DNA of 64,000 nt from an uncultured delta proteobacterium (GCA_963815115.1 CAWFFN010000005.1:1504001-1568000); one strand, 5' to 3'. Positions 28,802 through 40,624 are shown, counted from the stretch's first letter. A program made the numbers and translations. The notes: generated from the letters alone by a model not told the origin.

Positions 28802-29695
28802 TCACTGACAGCAGCCGACCCAGCTGGTCGAGAAATTACACTGCAGGCTAGTCTGGAGCGGTCCGAGCACGCCGGTGGCGTTGGTGAGATCCACCTTCTG
28901 ACCGCGGGACATGGTGTGTGCCGTCGCGTATTCCCAGTTGAGCCCGGAGTTGACGTCGTCGTTGCACTGCTGGAGCGGGGGCTGCGACGAGTCGATCGCC
29001 CAGAAGGACGTGACCGTCTCGCCGGCAGTGTCCTTCCGGCCGACGAGGTCACCCGCCTTCGCCGCACTCTGCAGCTCGGCATACGTGCAAACATGGGTGC
29101 CGGGGAAATTCGTGCCGCACGCGGCGTTGGCCCCGGGAAGTCCCAGCGAATTGTTGTAGTTGAAGCGGCCGGCAGTGGCTGTCAGGGCGCCCTTCAGGAC
29201 GGCCCCGCCCGACGGAGGAGGGATGGTCGTGGTGGTCGTCGTCGTCGGCCCGGCGCACGTGCCATCGGCAGCACAGGCGTCGAACGTGCTGTAGAGACCC
29301 AGCAAGGCGCCGCAGGCGCTACCCTTCTTGCACGCCGTCGCCGAATTGACGATCGACGCCTTGACCTTGCCGTTCTTCTTGGCGACGCAGCACACCGCGG
29401 AGCTCAACTTGCCGCAGATGGACGAGTTCTCGCACTTCATGATGAGCTTGCGGCACGGCTTCTCGGGGATGATGGCGGTGAGGTCGGCGGCCATGAGGGT
29501 CTTCTTCACGCATTTCGCGTACGTTCCGTGCTTCTGACCCTCGCGGGTGCAGCCGCAGGTGGTCTGGATCACTCCTCGCGCCTGCTCGATGGCGCTGGCG
29601 TCGGTGCACTTCGCGCTGACGCATGCCGCGAAGGCGGGGGTCGCGAGAGCGGAGAGCAACAACGCGGCGAGGACTCCGCCGTACAAGCACTTCAT
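28802..29695 (-). CDS. Secreted Cys-rich protein with Thr/Pro linker and a possible C-type-lectin-like C-terminal domain
   Basis: Signal peptide (AFA), Cys/Lys-rich N-domain, TTTTTTTIPPP, GANAAC...HVCTYAEL...W...CC. Confidence 0.75.
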   Translation of the reverse strand: MKCLYGGVLAALLLSALATPAFAACVSAKCTDASAIEQARGVIQTTCGCTREGQKHGTYAKCVKKTLMAADLTAIIPEKPCRKLIMKCENSSICGKLSSAVCCVAKKNGKVKASIVNSATACKKGSACGALLGLYSTFDACAADGTCAGPTTTTTTTIPPPSGGAVLKGALTATAGRFNYNNSLGLPGANAACGTNFPGTHVCTYAELQSAAKAGDLVGRKDTAGETVTSFWAIDSSQPPLQQCNDDVNSGLNWEYATAHTMSRGQKVDLTNATGVLGPLQTSLQCNFSTSWVGCCQ

Positions 29696-29898
29696 GGATC
29701 GCTCCTCGCCGAGATTCGTCGGCTGGCTGGCCTCCGAACCTCGGGCAGCAACGGGCAGGGTGAGTGGAGTTGAGGTGGGGGGCATCCGCGGGCGCACACA
29801 GCTGTCGCCAGCCACATACCAGAGTACCCGATTCCGACAAATCCCCCTGGATCGTCGCCCAGGGGGTCGTGGTAGCGCAGCTCCAGGGAGGTAACCCG

Positions 29899-31011
29899 CT
29901 ATCGCTGTACCGACGTCCGAAGCCTGGCTTCCAGGACCGGGGCCAGGATCTCCGCCATCTCGGCATTTCCCCGTGCATCGAGATGGATGGGATCCATGAA
30001 CATGTCAGGACGGAGCACGTCGGCACGATCGTTCAGGTCGAGCCAGGCGACACCCTCGCGACGGAGCTCGGTCTGCACCTGCTCGCGAAAGCGCGTGTAC
30101 CGGCTGGACGTGGCCCCCCACATGATATCGCCGTTGGGTTGGAGCACGCAGAGGAAGCTGGCGCCGAACGCTGCGGCGACGCGGGCCATCTTTACCTGGT
30201 TGCGGGCGTAGCGCGCCGCTATGCCGTTCAGGTCGTTGCGGCGGGTGGTGCCGTCACCCGCCGGGAGGTCTTCCGCCGCACCGAGAGGCGACGCGCCGAT
30301 CCGCCGCAGCGTGTACGCGAGCACGACGTCGGGCAGGTGCCGGAGTCGCACGTTGAGCGGTGCATACGAGAGCGCATGCAGTCGTTCGAGCGCCTCTTTC
30401 ATCTGCCGCGCTCCGTTCACGTCGGACCACGGTGTCGGCTCCTGCTGGATGGCCCAGAAGTCATTCCAACCGTCGAGCGTCACCACCTGATCGGGCTCGA
30501 GATCGACGAGCTCCGAGACCAGCAGAGCGAGCTCTTGACCCGAGCGGTGCCCGATGACGGCTGCATTCACGACCTCGGTATCCGGAAGCCGCTGCTCGAG
30601 CTGGGCCGCGAGGGCCTCGGCGTCGGACCCGAGGCCAGTGCCAAAGGCGGCGGAACCGCCCACCAGGACGACGCGGCGCCGATGCGGCTCCTTCGAGCCC
30701 AGCTCGGGACCACGGAACCCGAGGTGGTTGATCCTGAAGAACTGGGTGCTCTGATCCGGCAGGTTCACGCTACCGACGAGCGGGTGCAGCATGAGCTTGA
30801 GCAGCCCCCGCTGGCTCCCGATCGGATCGCCGGCGAACGTGTGGACCGACCAGGTGTAGAAGGGCCGCGCCCGCAGCGAGCGGGCTGCTTGCTTGTGGGC
30901 GTCGAGCAATTCGAACCCGACCTCCGCGACGATGAGCGCGAACATCAGAGAGGCGCCCGCAAGCAGCAGGTTGCCGAGCAGCTGGCGCCAGCGAGAGCGG
31001 CGTGCGTTCAT
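29899..31011 (-). CDS. SGNH/GDSL hydrolase-fold protein, membrane-anchored
   Basis: N-terminal TM, GFRGPE, GGSAAFG, VVNAA, DGWND, DPIHL. Confidence 0.85.
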   Translation of the reverse strand: MNARRSRWRQLLGNLLLAGASLMFALIVAEVGFELLDAHKQAARSLRARPFYTWSVHTFAGDPIGSQRGLLKLMLHPLVGSVNLPDQSTQFFRINHLGFRGPELGSKEPHRRRVVLVGGSAAFGTGLGSDAEALAAQLEQRLPDTEVVNAAVIGHRSGQELALLVSELVDLEPDQVVTLDGWNDFWAIQQEPTPWSDVNGARQMKEALERLHALSYAPLNVRLRHLPDVVLAYTLRRIGASPLGAAEDLPAGDGTTRRNDLNGIAARYARNQVKMARVAAAFGASFLCVLQPNGDIMWGATSSRYTRFREQVQTELRREGVAWLDLNDRADVLRPDMFMDPIHLDARGNAEMAEILAPVLEARLRTSVQR

Positions 31012-31035
31012 CGGAAGACTGCCCCTCGAGGGAGG

Positions 31036-32010
31036 CTAGAACTCGATGCCCGCCACGCGATGCGGCACGTACGGCTCCTCGAGCCGCGCGATCTCGTCGG
31101 CGCTCAGCGACAGCTCCTCGGCTGCGAGGATGTCCTCGAGGTGCTCGATCCTCGTCGCGCCGACGATCGGCGCGGTGACGCCCGGCTTGTGCAGGAGCCA
31201 GGCGAGCGCGACCTGCGCCTTCGGGACCCCGCGCTCTGTTGCGACCTCGCCCGCGCGGTCGATCACCGGAAAATCGAGCTCGGGCCGGTAGAGCGCGTCG
31301 AGGAACGGGTCGGTGCTGGCGCGCTTCGTCAGCGCGTTCCCGGCGGCGGTCCGGCTTCCGGCCAGCAGTCCCCGCGCGAGCGGACTCCAGGGGATCACGC
31401 CGACGCCCTGGTCGAGGCACTGCGGGATCATCTCCCGCTCCTCCTCGCGATAGATCAGGTTGTAGTGGTTCTGCATCGAGACGAAGCGCGTGGCCGCAAG
31501 CCGCTGCGCCTTGGCGAACTGCCACGCGTACATGCTGCTCGCGCCGATGTAGCGCGCCTTGCCCGCCCTCACGACGTCGTGCAGCGCCTCCATCGTCTCC
31601 TCGATCGGGGTCCGCGGGTCCCAGCGGTGGATCTGGTACAGATCGACGTAGTCGAGCCCGAGCCGCTGCAACGACCCGTCGATCGAGGCCATGACGTGCT
31701 TGCGCGAGAGGCCACGGCCGTTCGCGCCGGGCATCGTGCGTCCGTGCACCTTGGTGGCGACGACGTACTCCTCGCGCATCCCGAAGAACCGTTTCAGCAG
31801 GCGCCCGGTGATGACCTCGCTCTGGCCGCCGTTGTAGACGTCGGCGGTGTCGAAGAACGTGATCCCGCCCTCGATGGCGCGCCGCACGATCGGCTCGGCG
31901 GCCGCCTCCTCGAGCGCCCACTGGCGGCTCTCGTGCTTGCCGAAGCTCATCATCCCGAGGCAGATGCGCGAGACGCGCAGCCCGGTGCTGCCGAGGTTCG
32001 CGTGCTTCAT
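31036..32010 (-). CDS. Aldo/keto reductase
   Basis: FFDTADVY, DLYQIHRWD, YIGAS, QNHYNL, WSPLARG. Confidence 0.95.
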   Translation of the reverse strand: MKHANLGSTGLRVSRICLGMMSFGKHESRQWALEEAAAEPIVRRAIEGGITFFDTADVYNGGQSEVITGRLLKRFFGMREEYVVATKVHGRTMPGANGRGLSRKHVMASIDGSLQRLGLDYVDLYQIHRWDPRTPIEETMEALHDVVRAGKARYIGASSMYAWQFAKAQRLAATRFVSMQNHYNLIYREEEREMIPQCLDQGVGVIPWSPLARGLLAGSRTAAGNALTKRASTDPFLDALYRPELDFPVIDRAGEVATERGVPKAQVALAWLLHKPGVTAPIVGATRIEHLEDILAAEELSLSADEIARLEEPYVPHRVAGIEF

Positions 32011-32200
32011 CTCAGACTCCCTTGTGCTCGCCGACGATCGGCGGCGTGAGGTCCCGTTTCGCGAGCGCTGACCCGGAAAGGATGCTATCCGACGCCTCCC
32101 GGCGCTCCAAGGTCCGGAATCGGTGACCGCTGCGGGCGCGCACGGCCGCGGGGGTGCTTTGCCCACGTGGTGGCAGGCGTGCTATCCGCCGCCGCCGGTC

Positions 32201-33613
<1,413 letters not shown>

Positions 33614-33646
33614 GCAGCGAAGCCGGGGAGAGCCGCGCCTCGGCGC

Positions 33647-34267
33647 TCAGATGCCGTGGCCGGCGCAGGTGTCGCCGTCGTCGTCGCTGTCGGTGCCGTC
33701 GGGGCAGATCGTCTTCCTGAAGATGGCCGAGCTGAAGCCGGAGGTCGTGATCGTGGCGCCCAGCAGGCTCGCCTTCGTGAGGTTGGCGCCATTCAAGCCC
33801 GAGACCGAGATCGTGGCGTTCGAGAGAAGCGCGCGCGTCAGGTTGGCGCCGTTCAAGCCCGTCACCGAGAGCCGCGCGCCGCGAAGGTCGGCGCGGGTCA
33901 GATTCGAGTCGTTCAGGCCGGTCACCGAGATCCGTGCGCCCTGGAGATCGGCGCGCGTCAGGTCGGCGTCGTTCAACGCTGTGCTGTCGAGCGAAACGCC
34001 GGCCAGCTTCGCCCGGGCGAGATTCGCGGTGTTGAGGTCGGCGTCGTCCAGGATCGCTCCGGTCAGGTCGGCGCGGCGCAGATCCGCGCCCTCGAGCATG
34101 GCGCCCGACAGGTCGCAGCCGGCGAGGTTCGCCTTCTTCATCTGGCGGACGCCGCCAGGCCCGAGCGGGTAGCTCGTCACGTCGCAGTTGGGGAGGGTGC
34201 TCGCCTGGCCGGCCACGGGCGGCAGCAGGAGCGCGGCGACGAGCGCAACCAGGGTTCCGATCTGCAT
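33647..34267 (-). CDS. Secreted pentapeptide-repeat protein
   Basis: Signal peptide; A(D/N)LxG repeats; terminal TICPDG. Confidence 0.9.
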   Translation of the reverse strand: MQIGTLVALVAALLLPPVAGQASTLPNCDVTSYPLGPGGVRQMKKANLAGCDLSGAMLEGADLRRADLTGAILDDADLNTANLARAKLAGVSLDSTALNDADLTRADLQGARISVTGLNDSNLTRADLRGARLSVTGLNGANLTRALLSNATISVSGLNGANLTKASLLGATITTSGFSSAIFRKTICPDGTDSDDDGDTCAGHGI

Positions 34268-34340
34268 GGTGTCTCTCCTCATCGAGTGGTTTCGTGCATC
34301 GGCCGGCATCTGCCGAGTCGCGGACGGTCCTGCCCCGAGG

Positions 34341-34370
34341 GCGCTACCTTCGGGGTAGCGGGCCGCTACC
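34341..34370. promoter_or_regulatory. 30-bp triple-heptamer motif, copy 1
   Basis: GCGCTACCTTCGGGGTAGCGGGCCGCTACC; 28/30 identical to 46435-46464. Confidence 0.7.
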
Positions 34371-34518
34371 TCCGCTCATCGCGCCAGCGGAGGTGGAATC
34401 GACAGCTCCACGCAAGCTCGGTACGGGGTTGCAGGGCCGCGTCCGAGGTAGCAGCCTACCACTGTACGGATGCGTGCTGGACGGAACCGCAACCCCGGAG
34501 GATCGAGGGAGAACCGCA

Positions 34519-35436
34519 ATGCTGACGAACCCGAAGGAGTACCTCGCCCGCGCTCGCCGTGAGGGCTGGGCCCTGGGTGGCTTCAACGCCTTCAACCTGG
34601 AGTCGGCGCGCGCCGTGATCGCGGCCGGCGCCGCCGAGAAGGCGCCGCTGCTCGTCCAGACGTCGGAGGGCGCGGTCAAGCACATGGGACTCCAGAACGC
34701 GGTCGTGATCGTGCGGACGCTCGCCGATCAGAGCCCGTCGCCGGTGGCGTTGCATCTCGACCACGGCAAGAGCGAGGAGCTCGCGCGCGCCGCGGTCGAC
34801 GCCGGATACACCTCGGTGATGATCGACGCCTCCCGGCAGACCTACGACGAGAACATGCGCGAGACGGCGCACATCGTCGAGTACGCGCACGCGCACGGCG
34901 TGCACGTGGAAGCCGAGCTCGGGACGCTGGGCGGCATCGAGGACCTCGGCGAGACGGCGGCGCGCTCGATGCTGACCGACCCCGAGCAAGCGGTGCGCTT
35001 CGCGCGGGAGACCGCCGTCGACGCGCTCGCGATCGCGATCGGGACCTCGCACGGCGCGTACAAGTTCAAGGGCGTGCCCCATCTCGACCTCGAGCGGCTC
35101 AAGGAGATTGCGGGCCGCATCCCGCAGCCCATCGTCCTGCACGGCGCGTCGTCGATGCCGCAGGAGGCGATCGCGCTTGCCGAGCGCTACGGCGCGCGGC
35201 TGCCCCACGCGCAGGGCATCCCGCCGGAGCTCATCCGGGAGGCGGTCGCTCTCGGTGTGGCCAAGGTCAATACCGACTCCGACCTTCGCCTGGCGGCGCT
35301 CGGACGCCTGCGCCAGGTGCTGGTCGAGCGCCCCGACATATTCAACCTCTACGAGCTGATGGGCGAAGTCGAAGCGGCCATCCGCGACGAGACGGTCCTG
35401 CGCATTCGCATGCTGGGTAGCGACGGGAAGGCGTGA
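34519..35436 (+). CDS. fba: Class II fructose-bisphosphate aldolase
   Basis: LHLDHG, SVMID, VEAELG, GTSHGAYK, VLHGAS, KVNTD. Confidence 0.93.
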   Translation: MLTNPKEYLARARREGWALGGFNAFNLESARAVIAAGAAEKAPLLVQTSEGAVKHMGLQNAVVIVRTLADQSPSPVALHLDHGKSEELARAAVDAGYTSVMIDASRQTYDENMRETAHIVEYAHAHGVHVEAELGTLGGIEDLGETAARSMLTDPEQAVRFARETAVDALAIAIGTSHGAYKFKGVPHLDLERLKEIAGRIPQPIVLHGASSMPQEAIALAERYGARLPHAQGIPPELIREAVALGVAKVNTDSDLRLAALGRLRQVLVERPDIFNLYELMGEVEAAIRDETVLRIRMLGSDGKA

Positions 35437-35449
35437 GGCCGGGAGAAGG

Positions 35450-36031
35450 CTACCCCGACGCACGCACGCGCGACGCGATGCGGCGGTCGGGCACGATCCA
35501 CATGATCGCGATCAGTACGTAGAGCAGCTCGGCGAGCCGGGGCGACACGAACGCGAGGGCGATCGCCGCGACGTAGCCGGCAAGTGACAGGATGCCCTTG
35601 CGATCCCTGCCGACCGCTTCGGCCAGCATCGAGCGCGGACCGTTCTCTCGCACCATCTGTCGCTCCATCACGACGTAGGCGACGCCGGCCATCAGGAGGA
35701 CGACCCCGTAGAGCGCGACGGGGAGGGACGCGTCGCGGTGGTCGCCCGCCCAGGCGGTCACGAAGGGAACGAGCGAGAGCCAGAACAGCAGATGCAGGTT
35801 GGCCCACATGATGGCGCCGTTGATGCGCTCGCACGCGTGCAGCAGGTGGTGATGGTTGTTCCAGTAGATGCCGACGTAGACGAAGCTCAGGACGTAGCTC
35901 GCGAGCACGGGGAGCAGCTCGCGGAGTGCGGCGAGGTCGGCGCTCTGCGGCACCTTCAGCCCGAGCACCATGATGGTGATGATGATGGCGATCACGCCGT
36001 CGCTGAACGCTTCCAGCCGTCCGGTTCCCAT
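35450..36031 (-). CDS. TMEM175 family potassium channel
   Basis: RLEAFSDGVIAIIITIMVL signature, YWNNHH. Confidence 0.93.
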   Translation of the reverse strand: MGTGRLEAFSDGVIAIIITIMVLGLKVPQSADLAALRELLPVLASYVLSFVYVGIYWNNHHHLLHACERINGAIMWANLHLLFWLSLVPFVTAWAGDHRDASLPVALYGVVLLMAGVAYVVMERQMVRENGPRSMLAEAVGRDRKGILSLAGYVAAIALAFVSPRLAELLYVLIAIMWIVPDRRIASRVRASG

Positions 36032-36110
36032 GCCGTCACCCTACACGCGGCTGAAAAGCGGCGCTTTCCCGCTCATTCGGGCACTACTGGTCGTGAAGGG
36101 GCGGAATTAG

Positions 36111-36354
36111 CCCGGATTTCCCAGCGTGCGGCGCTTCTACGCGAGCTTCCGTTATCAGGCGCAGAGCCGGAGCCGGTCGCGCCGCGTCGTCGCGAAAGTG
36201 GGGTGTCACACCGGTGAGCTGTACCCGCGTGTCGGCTTCATCGTGACGGACCTGCGTCGCCCGGCCAAGAAGGTCGTCACCTTCTCCGATGGGCACGGGC
36301 CGGCCGAACAGTGGATCAAGGAGGGGAACGCCGTCAAGTGGATGCGGCTGTCGT
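36111..36354 (+). mobile_element. IS1380 remnant: left IR fused directly to a mid-transposase fragment
   Basis: CCCGGATTTCCCAG resembles the left IR at 57757; it is followed by RRFYASFRYQAQS...AVKW, matching about 58696-58927. Confidence 0.88.
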
Positions 36355-36570
36355 ACAGACCTTCCCCGCGAACGGCTTCCCTGCGTCGTGGGAAGACAGC
36401 TTGCCTTTAAGGCTACAAGAGCGCTAGTGTCCAGGCTCGGAGGTGCGGATTGGCCCCGTTCATCTGCCCACCATGATCCGCCCATCGAACTTGTCGTTCG
36501 AGCGAGCGCCGGCCCTCGCCCGGGCGTGTAGACCGGCGTCCGTCGGCAGCCACCGGGAGGGCGTCAGCTG

Positions 36571-37179
36571 ATGTCCATCAAACCGCGAACATGGGGGATG
36601 GTCGGGGGCGGAGGACTCGTTGTGAGCATCATCGTCGTGGCGGCTATCTATGCCTGGCGGACATCAGTGCCTTCCTGGCCGGTCTACGCGCAGAACGAAG
36701 GGTACAGGTATTGCGCTCGACTCGGAGACCTCGCTCAAAAGCGGTCGGTGCTCCACACTACATTGGCGTCGCTCGCAGCGCTGCTCGGCCTGTGCGCGGT
36801 GATCGGCGGCAATCTGTGGGAACCTCCCAGCCCATCGGATGCTGGACGGCGGTGGGTGCGAAATCCGGGGCTCTTGCTGCTGAACCTCGGCCTGCTCCTG
36901 CTGGTGGTGTCACACTATGAATACTCGCGGGCGGACGCTGCCTCGTTGGCCGCGGCGGCGGCGGCGACGGCGCAGGCAGATGCCGCTCGTCCCCGCGCGC
37001 CGACGACTCCACCGACGCCGCCTGATGCGCAGGACCGCGAGGCCTACGTGACCTGTGCGATGGCTCGCGCGGCGTGGCTCAAGTCCCGCGTCGATTCGAG
37101 CGCGCTGATTCAATCCGACATCTCGAACCGCTGGAGTGAACCCTCCGAGACGAAACCCAACGGAACGCGACAGAACTAG
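36571..37179 (+). CDS. Hypothetical membrane protein (2-3 TM)
   Basis: GGAGG RBS; hydrophobic segments. Confidence 0.65.
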   Translation: MSIKPRTWGMVGGGGLVVSIIVVAAIYAWRTSVPSWPVYAQNEGYRYCARLGDLAQKRSVLHTTLASLAALLGLCAVIGGNLWEPPSPSDAGRRWVRNPGLLLLNLGLLLLVVSHYEYSRADAASLAAAAAATAQADAARPRAPTTPPTPPDAQDREAYVTCAMARAAWLKSRVDSSALIQSDISNRWSEPSETKPNGTRQN

Positions 37180-37384
37180 GATCCACGCCAGGGCGGACGC
37201 GCGCGCCTCTGCCCATGCCCGGAGCGTTTGGGACGCGCCGCGGGGCGGGCGCGCAGGTCCTCGGCCGCTTGCTCGTACATCACGACCACCAGCGCGCGCT
37301 CGCCCCCGCCTTGCGCTGTGCGCGAGCCGAATCTAGACCAGGCCGCGGCGCCGTTCGAGCCGGGAGGTGATAGGGTGCGGTGCC

Positions 37385-38458
37385 ATGCGAGCGAACGTCT
37401 ACCGCGTGCACGGCATGATGCAGTCCTACTTCACCCGGAAGATGGCCGGGTACCTCGACTACAAGGGCATCCCCTGGCTGTTTCGTCGTTTTCCTGGTGC
37501 GAGTCCCGAAGCGATGGCGGCGGGCTTCCCGGGCGGTATGCCGGTCGTCGAGACGCCCAGCGGCGACTTCATGTGGGATTCGACGTCCATGATCCATCAT
37601 CTCGAGCTCCGTTTCCCCGAGCCGGCTGTCCTGCCGCCCGACCCGGTGCAACGCTTCGTCTGCTACGTGCTCGAGGATGCGGCCGACGAATGGCTGTATC
37701 GGCCGGCCGTCGGAACCCGCTGGCATTTTCCGGAGAATGCCGCGGTCGGTGGCTTCGAGCTCGCACGGGACATGACGGTCCGGATGCCCATGTCGTGCGA
37801 TCAGGCCCACGCCGCCGTCGGAGCGCACGTGCTGAGCAGCTGCGCGCCGCTCGGTGCCAGCGCGGACACGATCCAGGGCTGGGTCGACGACGTCCTCCGG
37901 CCGTGGATGCGGGTCCTCGGTGCCCACCTCGCTCGCCGGCCCTACCTGCTCGGGGACCGTCCGTCGCTCGCCGACTTCGCGCTCTTCGGCGGCAATGCGG
38001 CGCACTTCGTCAACGATCCCCTCTGCCGGCGGTGGGTGGACGAGGATGGCCCGGCGGTCGTGCAGCACACGCACCGGCTGCTGGAGCCGGAGGACCAGGA
38101 GTTCGGTGGGTGGGATGATCCGGCCGACGTGCCCGAGACCTTGACCGCGGTGCTCGCCGAGCTCGGCAAGCGCTACCTCCCGTGGGTCAACCGCGCGTGC
38201 GCCGACGGGACGGCCGACCTCGTCTTCGAGAACGGAACGCGGATCGCCGTCGGCGCGACGGAGTTCCTGCGCGACGCGCGTGCGACGCTCCTCGCCCGCT
38301 ACGTGGACTGCCGCGGCGCGCGGCTCGACGAGGTCCTCGACCGGGCGGGGATCCTGCGGTACTTCGCGGACCACGTCGCGCTCGCCGGGTCGATTCCTGA
38401 CGTTCGCGAGCCACCGCGGCCGGCGCGGAACCGCCCGTTCCCGCCGGCCGGACAGTGA
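37385..38458 (+). CDS. Glutathione S-transferase family protein
   Basis: SYFTRK, MPVV, DSTSMI, DEWL, YLLGDRPSLADF. Confidence 0.85.
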   Translation: MRANVYRVHGMMQSYFTRKMAGYLDYKGIPWLFRRFPGASPEAMAAGFPGGMPVVETPSGDFMWDSTSMIHHLELRFPEPAVLPPDPVQRFVCYVLEDAADEWLYRPAVGTRWHFPENAAVGGFELARDMTVRMPMSCDQAHAAVGAHVLSSCAPLGASADTIQGWVDDVLRPWMRVLGAHLARRPYLLGDRPSLADFALFGGNAAHFVNDPLCRRWVDEDGPAVVQHTHRLLEPEDQEFGGWDDPADVPETLTAVLAELGKRYLPWVNRACADGTADLVFENGTRIAVGATEFLRDARATLLARYVDCRGARLDEVLDRAGILRYFADHVALAGSIPDVREPPRPARNRPFPPAGQ

Positions 38459-38563
38459 GGCGTCATGCCGCGACGCTGGGGGATCACCGGGACCGGCTTG
38501 AAGCAGCAGGCGAGAACGTTCTATGGCAATCGCCTACGCGCCTCGAAAAAGGAGGGACCGGGC

Positions 38564-38932
38564 ATGACTCGGATCGGCGTCGGAGTCGTGATGCTGGCCA
38601 CATCGCTGGGGGTAGCTGGGTGCGCCACCTACAATCCGGCGACGGGAACGTACCAGACCGACCCGGTCGGCACCTCGCTGGTGGCCGGCGGTCTCGGCCT
38701 GGCCGGCGGGGTGGCCCTGGGTGCGGCGCTTTCCGACCACGACGATTGCTGCTGGGGAGGCGGGGGGAACACCTACGTCAACAACAACTACCACCGCACC
38801 AACAACTACAACTACAACAAGAACGTCAACCGGAACGTGAACCGGAACGCCTACCGCGGGAACGCCGGGGGTCGGGGCGGTCGTGGAGGCTACGGCGGCG
38901 GACGAGGCGGCGGTCGCGGCCGACGGCATTGA
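38564..38932 (+). CDS. Small lipoprotein with glycine zipper and an Asn/Tyr-rich + RGG low-complexity tail
   Basis: AAGGAGG RBS; lipobox VAGC; NNNYHRTNNYNYNKNVNRNVNRN...GGRGGRGG. Confidence 0.75.
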   Translation: MTRIGVGVVMLATSLGVAGCATYNPATGTYQTDPVGTSLVAGGLGLAGGVALGAALSDHDDCCWGGGGNTYVNNNYHRTNNYNYNKNVNRNVNRNAYRGNAGGRGGRGGYGGGRGGGRGRRH

Positions 38933-38956
38933 GAGCGGGACGAGGAGGACGTCGGC

Positions 38957-39451
38957 ATGACATGGCCAATCCGTGCTCGATGCGTCGGGGTCGTCGTCGC
39001 GCTGCTCGTCTGGCAGGCGTCGTCGGCCAGCTCCCAGGAGAGAAATCGCGCGCTGGCTTCCCAACTCGATCCCGCCTGGCAGCGACTCGCCCAGAGCAAC
39101 GACCAGTTCCTCAGCAAGGACCAGGAGAGCCTGCTGCACGACCTCGCGTTCGCCGCCGCCGCGGCGGGGGGCTGTCCGGGATTCAGCCTCGATCGCGACA
39201 AGTTCGAGAAGGGCTTCGAGTCCTTCAAGACCGATGACTACATGAAGCTTCCGGCGGACCAGAAGCGGAAGCGCGAGTACCGGCTGATGATGAACTACGG
39301 GGCGGCGGTCGCGCTCTACACCGCGGAGGGGCTGCTGCATCCGAAGGAGGCGTGCAAGTTCGCGGAGGGCAGACGCGATCTCGGACCCGGCCGGTTCTGG
39401 GTCGCGCCGGTCAGCAGCGAACCTGCTCCGAAGCCGGGCACCGGTCGCTGA
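38957..39451 (+). CDS. Secreted hypothetical protein
   Basis: GAGGAGG RBS; signal peptide; two Cys in the mature part. Confidence 0.7.
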   Translation: MTWPIRARCVGVVVALLVWQASSASSQERNRALASQLDPAWQRLAQSNDQFLSKDQESLLHDLAFAAAAAGGCPGFSLDRDKFEKGFESFKTDDYMKLPADQKRKREYRLMMNYGAAVALYTAEGLLHPKEACKFAEGRRDLGPGRFWVAPVSSEPAPKPGTGR

Positions 39452-39482
39452 GCGGCAATCCCTTCGCATTTCCTGACGCGCG

Positions 39483-39516
39483 CGCGCCCCGGGGACGTGA
39501 CGATCCCCGGGGCGCG
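39483..39516. terminator. 13-bp stem hairpin between convergent genes
   Basis: CGCGCCCCGGGGA-N8-TCCCCGGGGCGCG. Confidence 0.65.
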
Positions 39517-39547
39517 GCGAGATGGAACCGATCGAGCCGTGCGCCGC

Positions 39548-40624
39548 TCAGTTGCGTGCGGAGCAGCTCCCGATCTGGGCCGCGGTTCCGCTCAGCGCGC
39601 AGTTCAGGGTCGGCTGGGTCTCGGGCTCGTCGTCGAGCAGGGTGGCGCGCTCGACCGTGCAGGCGGCGCCGCTGACGGTGACCTTGCCGGTCTTGGGACC
39701 GCAGTTCTGCACCGAGGCGTCATCGAGCAGCACGCTGCCGGCCGCGACGAGGTCCACGTCCTCGCCCGCCTTGACGCTCGTCCCGCGCAGGTCGATGTCG
39801 CCCTGAGGCGCGTCGATCTGGACGTCGCCCTCGATCCCGGTGACGATCTCGGTCGGGGGCGGATCCTCGCACTCGCAGAAGGCCACCGCCTCCTCCGGGC
39901 TCGCGATCGTCACCGGCAGCGGACAGTCGGGCCCGGGACAGAGCGCCAGGACGTCGTCCCGGCACACCAGGCCGGCGGCAGCCCGGCTCTGCGCCGCGAC
40001 GGGCCCGGCGACGGTGATCTGGACGTCGCCGGTCGCGGAGGCGATGTCCACCCGGTCGATCGGCGAGCTGGTCGCGATGTGGGAGGAGCGGATGGTGACG
40101 GTCCCCTGCGCATCGACGTCGATGTCGTTCGAGGCCGTGGTCACGTCATCCAGCGTGATCGGACACGCGGTTCCCGTGCAGCGCAGGCGGAGCAGGCCAC
40201 CCGCCTGGAGGCCGCTGCCCCGCACGTCCATCGCCCCGGGGCTCTCCATCTCGACGTCCCCGTTGCGGTTCGCGCCGGTCACGTTCGAGCCGTCGATCCG
40301 GATGCTCCGGCCGTCGGGCCCGACGCCCAGGGCGAGGAGCTTGATCGCCGTTCCCTTTCCGGCGGCGGCGACCGAGCCACCCTCGTCGCCATCGACCGCG
40401 ATCGAGCGTGCCGTCACCTCGATCTTGCTCTGCCCGTTGAGCGGGAGCAGCGCGCACTGGATGACGAGATCGTCGCCCGGCAGGTTCACCACCGTCTTCT
40501 TGCCGACCAGCTTCACCGGCGACGCGGTGCAATCGGTCAGGTTGACGGTCGCGGCGGATGCGGCGGCGGCGCCCAGGCCGATCCCGAGAGCGACGGTGAA
40601 GGTCATGTACTTCGTTCGGATCAT
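39548..40624 (-). CDS. Secreted beta-strand-rich, Cys-containing hypothetical protein
   Basis: AAGGAGG RBS; signal peptide (ASA); GDV-x-I repeats suggest a beta-solenoid. Confidence 0.75.
   Translation of the reverse strand: MIRTKYMTFTVALGIGLGAAAASAATVNLTDCTASPVKLVGKKTVVNLPGDDLVIQCALLPLNGQSKIEVTARSIAVDGDEGGSVAAAGKGTAIKLLALGVGPDGRSIRIDGSNVTGANRNGDVEMESPGAMDVRGSGLQAGGLLRLRCTGTACPITLDDVTTASNDIDVDAQGTVTIRSSHIATSSPIDRVDIASATGDVQITVAGPVAAQSRAAAGLVCRDDVLALCPGPDCPLPVTIASPEEAVAFCECEDPPPTEIVTGIEGDVQIDAPQGDIDLRGTSVKAGEDVDLVAAGSVLLDDASVQNCGPKTGKVTVSGAACTVERATLLDDEPETQPTLNCALSGTAAQIGSCSARN

Noticed and set aside
33700-34140. Qnr/MfpA-type gyrase protection protein
   Set aside because: The protein has a signal peptide, so a cytoplasmic gyrase role is unlikely.
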